This document shows, in pieces, positions 12,201 to 21,114 of a stretch of 64,000 nt of DNA; positions within the stretch are counted from its first letter, which is position 1; every line of letters begins with the position of its first letter. A program made the position numbers and the translations under genes. Location of the stretch: NCBI GenBank assembly GCA_024346625.1, contig AP024664.1, forward strand, positions 4,092,001-4,156,000, given 5' to 3'. Below the pieces are notes generated by a model. That model ran no database searches, was not told the DNA's origin, and was given only the letters and a program-made list of their open reading frames with translations. The DNA is from Williopsis jadinii (taxonomy: Eukaryota).

Positions 12201-13228
12201 AGAACAAGGACCGTCTTCCACTTGTTGCTGAAGACTATATGGATGAAGGCACCAAGATTTGCACCAAGATCGACATCAATCCTTCGACTGGCTCCATCGT
12301 TATCGACTTTACTGGAACTTCTTTAGAGTCTTACAGTAACTTGAACTCTCCAAAGTCGGTTACCTTTTCTGCAGTCATCTATGTCTTGAGATGTTTGGTT
12401 GACATGGACATTCCATTAAACCAGGGATGTCTTGATCCTGTTGAAGTTATTATTCCTGAAAACACACTGATCAATCCTTCGCCTTATGCTGCAGTGTGTG
12501 CTGGTAATGGTATGACTTCTCAAAGAATCACAGACTGTCTCTTCAAAGCCTTTGGTGTCACCTCTGCCACTGGTGGATGTATGAATGGACTGAACTTTGG
12601 CACTGGTGGATATAACGAAAAGGGTGAAATGGTTAAAGGTTTCGGTTATACCGAGACAATTGGCCAAGGTAACTGTGCTGGTATACTAGAGAAGAATGGT
12701 GAAAGATATGGATTCCATGGGTTTTCTGGTACTCAAACAAACATGACGAATACCAAGATCACTGATCCTGAAGTCTTGGAGCTGAGATATCCATGCTTCC
12801 TGATACAATACACCGTCAGAGAGAATAGTGGAGGTAAGGGCAAGTTCAACGGTGGTGATGGACTCATCAGAGAGATCCAGTTCAACTCACCTGTCCACTT
12901 ATCTCTTGTCACTCAAAGAAGAGTATTTGCGCCATGGGGAATCTATGGAGGTGAAGATGGTAAGAAAGGTGAAAACTTCTTAGGTAGAAACAGAGGCAAC
13001 GGTGTGATTCAGTGGATCCAGCTGCCATCGCTGGCTGAGATTGAGATCAGAAAAGGTGATATTCTGAAAGTTTTGACCCCAGGTGGTGGTGGGTTCGGAA
13101 GACCTGAGGACAGCGACGAGTTCTGGGGGCTGACCAAGTCCAGCGAGAAGATGAAGAAGAGAGCTTTCCTTCCACTCAGTGGAGGAACTGTTGGTAAAAT
13201 CAAGGAAGCCACGGACTCTTCTCAATAG
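9284..13228 (+). CDS. OXP1: ATP-dependent 5-oxoprolinase family enzyme (hydantoinase A + B fusion), OXP1-like
   Basis: IAIDRGGTFTD, GTTVATNALLERKG, LSGPAGG, FDMGGTSTDVS, NIKERMDYSCA, PVHLGSM, GGTHLPDIT, TPGGGGFG; 1314 aa. Ortholog versus paralog status not determinable here. Confidence 0.9.
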   Translation: MTLKVSIAIDRGGTFTDVIYKVGTVEKTFKLLSVDPDNYEDSNIEGIRRVLEDVTGAQIPRGQLLDTSAITSIRLGTTVATNALLERKGERCALVTTRGFRDLLHIADQSRPDLFALNIVKPGVLHECVVEADERVTMPAFTVDPTGYDAKDLVDGERYVLGRTNEVFEIIQPLDTVKLESDLIKLKEATGIESLAIVFVHGFNFQRHEKLAGEIARRVGFKNVSLSHEILPVLKMVPRGQSTVVDAYLTPIVKDYISQFLKGLRPDFSRFTRIEFMQSDGGLCSWENFSGLKSLLSGPAGGVVGEAKTSYDKMPIIGFDMGGTSTDVSRFGGHYEFSFENVIAGIKLAAPQLDINTVAAGGGSILSYKNGVFTVGPESASAHPGPACYRKGGPLTITDANLFTGRIVPQFFPKIFGPNEDQPLDVEITRQKFQELADIINADNPEMDKSAEEIALGFLKVANFQMAKPIRELTDAKGHDIRKHALASFGGAGGQHATSIAKVLKINKVLIHRHSSILSAYGISVADLVHEEQQPVSEVYSEAARDKLIEDSSMLLQKAIDALKAQGSNEQSIKSTLFFNMGYKGSDTRIMIPQPDDGDFLSVFYATHEREFAFNDAEKDVLVSDVRIRSEGNVELAMSKEPSPFDESFNTFEVDKSKSKITTKIVFDEGVLDSQVFFLNELTTGNVIHGPAIILDSTQTILVTPDSKATIHPRHVVLDVEVSTVRDNVSTEHVDPIQLAIFANRFMSIADEMSRTLQKISVSANIKERMDYSCALFDNQGNLCANAPNVPVHLGSMSSAIKYQLDHWEGQLKEGDILCTNSPSVGGTHLPDITIVSPVFHDGEIQFVVASRAHHSEIGGSAPGSSSSYAREIYEEGVNIETWKIVDNGKFDDEGLVHHFSEVPRTYGVSGTRNIDDNISDLKAQIASNQRGINLLKELFNEYGSETVLFYMRNVKKTAAIAVENFLKDFAVKNKDRLPLVAEDYMDEGTKICTKIDINPSTGSIVIDFTGTSLESYSNLNSPKSVTFSAVIYVLRCLVDMDIPLNQGCLDPVEVIIPENTLINPSPYAAVCAGNGMTSQRITDCLFKAFGVTSATGGCMNGLNFGTGGYNEKGEMVKGFGYTETIGQGNCAGILEKNGERYGFHGFSGTQTNMTNTKITDPEVLELRYPCFLIQYTVRENSGGKGKFNGGDGLIREIQFNSPVHLSLVTQRRVFAPWGIYGGEDGKKGENFLGRNRGNGVIQWIQLPSLAEIEIRKGDILKVLTPGGGGFGRPEDSDEFWGLTKSSEKMKKRAFLPLSGGTVGKIKEATDSSQ

Positions 13229-13603
13229 ATTGGATGGCTTGTCCTGGATGTATAGTACTTTGAATCTACAAGTGTCTTTCCACAACTCAGAATCCATCGT
13301 AGTCCAATGGTAAACCTCTTGTGAGAACAACCAACAATACGACAAAGCTCCACCGTGCTGTAGATAACACCGTCCTAGATTAGTGTAATTGACCCAAACT
13401 CATCACCTGAAACAGCATGAGTAAGTGTAACTAACCAGATCATACACCATTCCACCCCCTCTCTGCGACTTCACACCTCACTGACAAGCATCCTACACCC
13501 GTGTAAGCTCCTCTGATGAACAAACTATCCCAGATGAGGTAAAACACCCACTCTTCTCCCACAAGCTTCCCATCTGCTATAGCAACGCTCCGCTTATCTA
13601 CTT

Positions 13604-13938
13604 CTCGTCTGCACCTTCCTCCGGGAAAACCAACCACCGATCCATCGGAACTATGCATACACCCGGACACCAATCCCGCACTGGTCAGCCCGTCAGTCAC
13701 ACACAACCCAACATCACTCGCAATGAACCTCGTAACGACTTGAACAGTTTCACGGTTACTCCAACCGTGGAGTATACCCGGAATAAAGGATGCCAGTAGT
13801 GGAGTGTCACACCCTGTTTTAGGGTGTTTGCGTCCGTTTAGCGGTGCTTTAGTTCCCATCGTCTGGGCCTTCCTTCTGGTTTTCCCAAGACCGGAGCGTG
13901 TGCTGTGTAAGATTGATATGCGAGAAGGTGCAGACGAG
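13604..13938. promoter_or_regulatory. Two oppositely oriented copies of CTCGTCTGCACCTTC upstream of the permease
   Basis: 13604-13618 (+) and 13924-13938 (-), 15/15 identical to 9093-9107; CTTATC (GATAAG) at 13593, 13994 and 14001. Confidence 0.7.
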
Positions 13939-14155
13939 GTTTGGTGAATCATCCAACAAAGCCTGGGGATCCACCTGCAAAGTCTGTGTCGAACTTATCA
14001 CTTATCACGTCTGTTCTCCACATCTTGTGCTTCAAGTTGTTGAGGAGGCCGACGATATAAGAAGGCGTAGGGAAGCACTTTGGTGTTTCTTCATACCTCA
14101 TACCAATAATCAACAATCAGTTATCAGTTAACGGTTGAAGAGAGTGGTAGAAACC

Positions 14156-15709
14156 ATGGATCCTGTTAAATCCCAATCACCAAGTTCAGTCTCCATGACT
14201 AAGGAACCAGGCATCTTCAAAGAGGGCGCTCTCCCAGAGGTTGTTCTGGATAAACCAGATGACGCAGCGATCTTTCTCGCTGAACACGATGGTAAATATG
14301 AACCTCTGACTCCAGAAGAGGAAAAGAAGGCCATCAGAAAGACCGACTGGATTCTGTTGCCATGTCTGTTCTGGACTGCGACATGGGGTGCCGTTGACAA
14401 AGTTTCTCTTTCCACAGCAGCTATCTTTGGATTGAGAACCGATTTGAACCTGCACGGACAGCAGTACAGTTGGTTATCATCAATATTATTCATTGGTTCT
14501 CTGGTTGGTATGTGGCCAATGTCCATAATGGTGCAAAAGTTTAGAACTGGTAAAGTTCTGGCATGTGCTGCTGTCGGATGGTCTGCACTTACTTTGTTAC
14601 AATGTTCCTGTCACAACTTTGCTGGATTGGCAAGCTTGAGATTTCTCATGGGGTTTTTGGAGTGTGTTATCGTCCCTGGTTGTTCGTTGATGATATCTGT
14701 GTTCTACAAGAAGTCTGAGTCGCCACATAGAACGGCGTTGGTGTTCGCCTTTGGCTCCTCCATCATCAACGGTGCGCTCTCTGCTCTGGCTTCTACCTTT
14801 GGCAGTGCAATTCCAACTTGGAAGTACATCTACCTCCTTGTTGGCTCCATCTCCTTTGTCTGGTCGTGCTGTATGGTCTGGTTCCTACCAGACTCTCCAA
14901 TCAACTCCAAATGGCTATCAGACAGAGAGAAGGTGTTTATGGTGAAGAGAATGGCATCGAACAAGACTGGTGTTTCTTCAAACGACTTCAAATGGGACCA
15001 GGTCCGCGAGGCTTTCATGGACCCACGTACCTACATCGTTATGCTCTTCAACTTTGGCATCAACATTCCAAATGGTGGACTGTCCACCTTTAATGCCATC
15101 ATCATCAAGAATTTGAAATTCACCTCAGTTCAGGCATCTCTTATGGGCATGCCAACCGGTGTGATTGCATCGTTGGCAGCGTTCGGCTTCACCTGGCTCG
15201 CTGCCAGATGGAACAACAAGCGTTGTCTTGTTGCCATTATCTCACTTGTCGTCCCACTCATCGGAGCCGTGATCTGTTACGCTTCCCCACAGAGCAATAC
15301 AGGCGCTCAACTAGCTGGCCTATACATGATGTACTTCTACTTCTCCTCCTACGTTGTGATGATCTCTCTTGTCCAGGCTAACACCGCAGGTAACACCAAG
15401 AAAGCAGTGACGTATGGATTCAACTACCTCGGTTACGCCGGTGGTGCGATCACAGGTACTCAGACCTTCCGTACAAAGGATGCTCCAAAATACAGCGTTG
15501 GCTTCGCCAGTATGATGGTTGGATACTGTGCGTGTATGGCTCTCTCAGCACTGTACTGGGTTATCTGTATTTTGATGAACAAGAAGAAAGAGAAGAAGAT
15601 GGAAGCTGCCGGCGAAGTTGAAGATCAGTTACAACTTGATGGGCTGGAGGATGAAGAGGTGGCGGACCTGACCGATTACAAGCAGTGCCATTTCAAGTAC
15701 ACCACTTGA
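14156..15709 (+). CDS. MFS transporter, allantoate permease (Dal5/ACS) family
   Basis: IRKTDWILLP, LHGQQYSWLSSILFIG, LRFLMGFLE, FLPDSP, ANTAGNTKK, DLTD..HFKYTT; about 12 hydrophobic segments. Confidence 0.9.
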   Translation: MDPVKSQSPSSVSMTKEPGIFKEGALPEVVLDKPDDAAIFLAEHDGKYEPLTPEEEKKAIRKTDWILLPCLFWTATWGAVDKVSLSTAAIFGLRTDLNLHGQQYSWLSSILFIGSLVGMWPMSIMVQKFRTGKVLACAAVGWSALTLLQCSCHNFAGLASLRFLMGFLECVIVPGCSLMISVFYKKSESPHRTALVFAFGSSIINGALSALASTFGSAIPTWKYIYLLVGSISFVWSCCMVWFLPDSPINSKWLSDREKVFMVKRMASNKTGVSSNDFKWDQVREAFMDPRTYIVMLFNFGINIPNGGLSTFNAIIIKNLKFTSVQASLMGMPTGVIASLAAFGFTWLAARWNNKRCLVAIISLVVPLIGAVICYASPQSNTGAQLAGLYMMYFYFSSYVVMISLVQANTAGNTKKAVTYGFNYLGYAGGAITGTQTFRTKDAPKYSVGFASMMVGYCACMALSALYWVICILMNKKKEKKMEAAGEVEDQLQLDGLEDEEVADLTDYKQCHFKYTT

Positions 15710-16795
15710 ATATATATGAGTTACTGGTTTAATTCAGATATTCCTTTGTGTTTTTTCGGAAATTGATGTATACTTAACAGTGCTGTTTGTGTGATACTTG
15801 TTGTGTTGCTTTCGTTCCGTAGACATCAACATCAACACATAGAAAACAAACAACAAAAACGTCAACACGTAAGCAACAAACAGCGGCGGCACACCAGTGC
15901 CGATAGTTCTAGGGTCTCATGTTCGGGAGGCTGGCTGTAGATCACCAAAGGTCCATTTCACGCTGAGGTTTGACGCAGCGGTACTCACCAGAGGACGAGT
16001 TTTGCCTAATGAGCCACGGCGGCGCCATTAAAAGAGTGCCACGAGAGGACAAGAACAATGACCGTGCAGCACAACGACACGTCGGAGAACAACGTCTACG
16101 CAACAATGTGGTCCATTCCGTACTGGCTCGGGTAGGGCAATGGCTTGTTCACGTGTCGTACCTGAAGCCTGCAGATCAACACATCAACGACAACATGAGT
16201 AGGGCACATGCGAGGATGCCATTCCAAGCAGCTGCTCTCACATGATGGTGTTACCTGGTGGGAGGTATCCAAGATCGTTACTTCAAGACCCTGGATGACG
16301 ACTATGGAGGCAGTTTGCTCCATTCATCAGGGCAAACAGAGCCATTGTACCCAGTCTCCTCGCAGTGCATCGTACCGTCGCAACGTCACTCAGGCGGACC
16401 AGGACATCAGATCCCATTTCACAGTCCGGCCAAGTCACAGCAGAGTTGATGGGCACCGTTATTAGCCCAGCAGCACAGCTCTGTGGTGCGTTTGACACAG
16501 AGGCAAGACGCATCCACCTATAGCACAACGGTTACTGTAACTTGCACCAAGTCGCCGTATGATTCACCAACATCGGAGTCAAGCACGCAATGAGCTGAGT
16601 CGTGGACGGCCCCAGCATCGACTGATGATTAGCAACACCGCGACATGCCGGGCGTTGGGGCTCATGCCTTGACTCGGCGAGTCTCACGCTCGTCTGAGCC
16701 ATGCTTTGGTACTGCTCGGTGAAGGCATCTCGTTCATCATCGATGTGCGAATCAAGGGTCCAGCGGTGGGCATCTACAGCCAAGAGGCCTACAAT

Positions 16796-16895
16796 GCCCA
16801 GCGTGTGTGCGGTGTGTCTGCCCAGGCAAATGTCTGCCCAGCGTGTCTGCTCAGCGTGTCTGCCCGGTATGTCTGCCCAGGAAAATGCCTGCTCC
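16796..16895. repeat. Degenerate ~14-bp tandem repeat (TGTCTGCCCAG core), 5-6 units
   Basis: gtgtctgcccagg / aatgtctgcccagc / gtgtctgctcagc / gtgtctgcccgg / atgtctgcccagg. Confidence 0.75.
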
Positions 16896-17122
16896 CCTGC
16901 CTACAGCGCGCCCGCCCACGCACCAAAACACACACATTGCAAGGCCCCGTCTGCCGCTCAAGGAGCTTTCTCTCCTTTGCCGAGCAAGAATCCTGACATT
17001 TACGCCGAGAAGCGGCTGACCAAAGGGTAAATTTCAGAACACAAACAGCACAGAAGCCCGCTTCACGGGCGGATGACGTCTGCGTTATTCGTGTGCTTCC
17101 CCAACCGTTCCGCGTCTTATCG

Positions 17123-17128
17123 CACGTG
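17123..17128. promoter_or_regulatory. CACGTG E-box, candidate Pho4 site upstream of PHO81
   Basis: GCACGTGTT about 580 bp upstream of the ATG; PHO81 is a known Pho4 target in yeasts. Confidence 0.4.
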
Positions 17129-17702
17129 TTGCCCACAGGGGAAATTAACGATAGTTTCAACAGCACCAGCGAAAACGTTTTGGTTTTTTTTGCCGTGGAG
17201 CACCACAGCGAACTCCCATGCACAGTTGGTTTATTAGCCATTTTACGCCGGACAATTGGCAATTCTGACTCCCCCACGGGCACAGACAGCTATAACACGT
17301 ATACACACATACACACGGTGGGCGAATAGACGTTTGGCCAAACACAGAGGTTGTGGGAGCTTAAAGTTTGTGCATTTTTTGGAAACTTTGCAACAGTTGT
17401 GTTACAGTTAATACCCACAAGAGAGAGAGAGCTTGGTGAAATCCTTCCACCAGGAGAGAAAGATTACAGTTAGCGAGGACAGGTGTCGCACAGGAATTGG
17501 TTACGTTGTGTTGTTCGTTTGCTGCTAGCCATTATAACCGTTTGACAAAGAGCAGGAGAAGGAGCGTGAGCTTGAGAACTTCAGCATCACTCTTGCACGG
17601 GACTACAAAGGACGAATCATTTTGACTCAGTTGCTTCAATTCACACATCACTAAGAACCTGGCCCCAGGTATTGATACAACTGTCTTACATAGAAAGGAT
17701 AG

Positions 17703-20700
17703 ATGTAAGTCTCCACAGATTTTTCACTGCTGATTCGATGCTCATATACTGACCACAACCGTATAGGAAATTTGGTAAACATTTAGAGTCCAGGCAGTTG
17801 GAACTGCCCGAGTACGTTGGACATTTCATCAACTATAAGGCTCTGAAGAAGGTAAGTTGGCCCTAATAAAGCGATACAACGAGTTCAAAATACTGACTGG
17901 AGGATTCCTTCCCCTTAGCTTATTAAGCAACTGGCTGCTGTTCCACAGTTTGACAACAATGGTGCAGACCTTGCTGACGTTGAGCGTCTCCTACAGGAGA
18001 ATAAGACGTCCTTCTTCTTCAGATTGGAGAGAGAATTGGAAAAGGTGAACTCCTTCTACCTCGAGAAGGAATCCGACCTTCAGATCAGACTAGATATCCT
18101 TATAAAGAAGAAGAACGATGCGGTCACGAAACACAGATTGGGTTCGAAGACTTCAATTGCTTACATTACACTGTACGATGGGTTTAAGAGGTTTTCTAGA
18201 GATTTGGACAGACTGGAACAGTTTGTCGAACTAAACCAAACTGGATTCTCTAAAGTATTGAAGAAATGGGATAAGCGTTCCAAGTCGCACACCAAAGAGT
18301 TATACCTTTCAAAAGCTGTGTCTGTGCAACCTGTGTTTAACAGGTCAGAGATTTCACAGCTGAGTGACCTCTGTGCAAATTCGTTGGTTGAGTTGGATGC
18401 AAATGCCGAAGGTGAACACGTTGTCCGTTATGACTATGAAAATGGCAGTACCGAAGCGAAAACCACCTATTCCGATATTTCAAAGCTACACGTGAGTTCA
18501 GACGCTTCGTTGGCACAGGCAAATGATACTCAACCAAAACAAGAAGTTGACGACTTTGAAATTGACGAGTTATACTCGGAGTTTTTGAACATTGCTAATT
18601 CATCAACCGTGAACTCGTTACTAGTTCCATTTGTTTCGAGGGTGAAGAATTCTCACAATGCCTCTTACAAGCTCACAAAAATTTTCTTCTTGTCAATAAC
18701 TACAAAAGTCTCGGATGAAACGTTGTCGAGCTTTTACGACTTGGCAAGCGACTTGATCATATTGTCAACGACGGACGACTTGTCCCAAAGAAGCATCATT
18801 CATGAGGCTTGTTGTAACGTCTTTGAGAAGAGAACCTTCATCATCGAGCTTGGTATCAAGAATGCCTTGAACTTGAACTCAAAGGATATTAGTGGCCGTA
18901 TCCCATTACACTACGCTGCAGAACTTGGTAGAACCGATCTCATTGAATTGCTCTGCACATCAGATGACACTCTGAACTATTTGAATAAGCTGGACTATGA
19001 TGCCATGTCCCCATTGATCTTGGCGATCGAGAAGAATCACCTGGACACGGTCAAGTCACTCCTACAGCTCGGTGCTGACCCGGCACCAACAAATTCAGAG
19101 ACAAACCCACAACATTTGCCATTGAACGTTGCATGTAAGTCTGGTAACTACGAGGCTGCTGAATTGTTACTCACGCAGCCAAGAGTGAAAGATTTTCAGA
19201 AAGATGCCGAAGGGCTACTGCCACTGCACGTGGTTGCTAAAACAGGGAATTTCAAACTGGTTCCATTGTTAACTGAAAACGGAGCCGACCCAAATTCCTT
19301 AGATGGGTTCAACAAATGGCCTGCCATTTTCTATTCTGCAAGTGAAGGACACCCAAGAACCACTGCTGCTTTGATCAAAGCTGGTGCTAAGATTGAGGTC
19401 AAAGATGAAGAAGGATTCACTCCCTTGTTCTATGCGTCTTGGGAAGGTCATGTGAGTGTGTTGAATGTGTTAATTAATGCTCTCCAAGAGAATCAGAACA
19501 ATAGAAACCTACTGTCTCCTTTGAAGGAGATGAACAATACGTCCCTCTCTCCGGTTGTGCAACCACCGAGTTTCTCCCTCAATCCAGAAGTTATGAGCAT
19601 AGATGTTATTCCGGACTTGTCTCTTCCTCCACCAATTATCCCATTGAGAAGATACGGTCATAACTTTTTGGAGAAGAAAATTATTCTACAGCTACACTTC
19701 CATCTGGGTAGGGACTCCATCAGCCTGAACCAAGACGAAGTTATCTCTTCACTGCCGGGTCGTATTGTCATCAGCTCCCGAATTAGTGATGTGGTCCCAA
19801 GAAACGTTCTCTTACCAGTGGCTGACACTGACAGTACCGTTGCCTTTCAAATTGACTCGTTGGATGAATTCACCATTGACTTTGAGATATTCCCATCCTT
19901 TGGAACAAAATTGATTGCAAAGACATCAGCTCTGTCCAACGTGTTCAAGACCGTAAGCAATGATGGGCTATCCAATAGTGTTGTTCTCCCTCTATTTGAT
20001 GGTCGTCTTAAGAACGTTGGCGAGTTGAGCTTCAACTTCCAGGTTATTCACCCTTACTCTGGTGAGCCTTTGGAGATCTCCAAATATGATACGTATTGGA
20101 AATCCACTAGTGGTAACAACACAAGGGTACAGAATTCTGTGTTGAGTTTTGTCACGGCCTCCTCGTTGTCTGGTGATTACGCAAAGATCAACGTCTGCAT
20201 GTTGTCTGATGGTACACCAATTGTTTGTCCAAGTTGGAATCTGGAAATTTTGGGAACCAAGCTACCACTGTTCCAATTGTCTGTTGATCAGGTTAAACAA
20301 CTAACAAACTATAATGTTGACAACTTCATTATACCCGAGACAGAATCTAAGAGTGTATTCTACAAGAACTTGAATGCTCTGCTGTCCAAGAACTATATCT
20401 TGTTTGACGATTTCCTCAGTCTTGTTCCAGAGAAGGTGGGTCTTGATGTTGAAGTGCTGTACCCAACTGAAGCTGAAGTAAAGGATATCCCACTGACGTT
20501 GCCCGATATATCTGATCTGAACGAATTCACAGATAACGTCTTGACCATTGTTTTTGAACACGTTCGTCGCTCACGCTCTCATAACGTTAAACGTACGAGA
20601 TCCATCGTGTTTTCATCGAATAACCAAAGCGTTTGCTCAATCTTGAACTGGAAGCAGCCGAACTACCCCGTGTTCTTCAGCGTAAGTGGTGTGTGTTTCC

Positions 20701-21029
20701 AAGAGGATAAGTTTGTCATCAATTCTGCCAATGGCTTCCCTACAGGGGTTGTCAGCGATGAAGACACGACCACACGCTCTCTTAAAGAAGCTACAAACTT
20801 TGCCACCTTGAACAACTTGCTGGGTATAATGGTTCCATCAGAACTGCTTGCCCTTGTTCCAGACCTTGTTGACAGCATAAGGTCCAGAGGCCTTGTACTT
20901 GTTGCTTCCAAGAAGGGCATGAAGGACTTCGAGATTGCAGATGATGCACAGGTCTCATTGATCAAAGGCGACATCAACGGATTCAGATTCGAAGACACCT
21001 TGAGCTTCAAAGGGAACATCGACATGTAA
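17703..21029 (+). CDS. PHO81: SPX-ankyrin-degenerate GDPD CDK inhibitor Pho81; exons 17703-17704, 17767-17851, 17919-21029
   Basis: Spliced start AT|G-KFGKHLESRQLELPEYVGHFINYKALKK|LIKQL; ankyrin repeats; LPPPIIPLRRYGHNFL; YWKST; no GDE1-type catalytic HRG motif. Introns 17705-17766 and 17852-17918 (GTAAGT..TACTGAC..TAG). Confidence 0.92.
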
Positions 21030-21114
21030 TTATTATGCTATGCTAATGAATTAAAGGAAAAAACAAAAGATGTATTTGCTTATTTGAGACTGGTGTTATG
21101 TAGGTTGCATATAT

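Noticed and set aside
13440..14131. 170-aa and 77-aa ORFs upstream of the permease
   Set aside because: No recognisable motifs; the region carries promoter elements
17703..21029. GDE1 as alternative identity for the SPX-ankyrin gene
   Set aside because: No catalytic GDPD HRG motif; Pho81-type motifs are present
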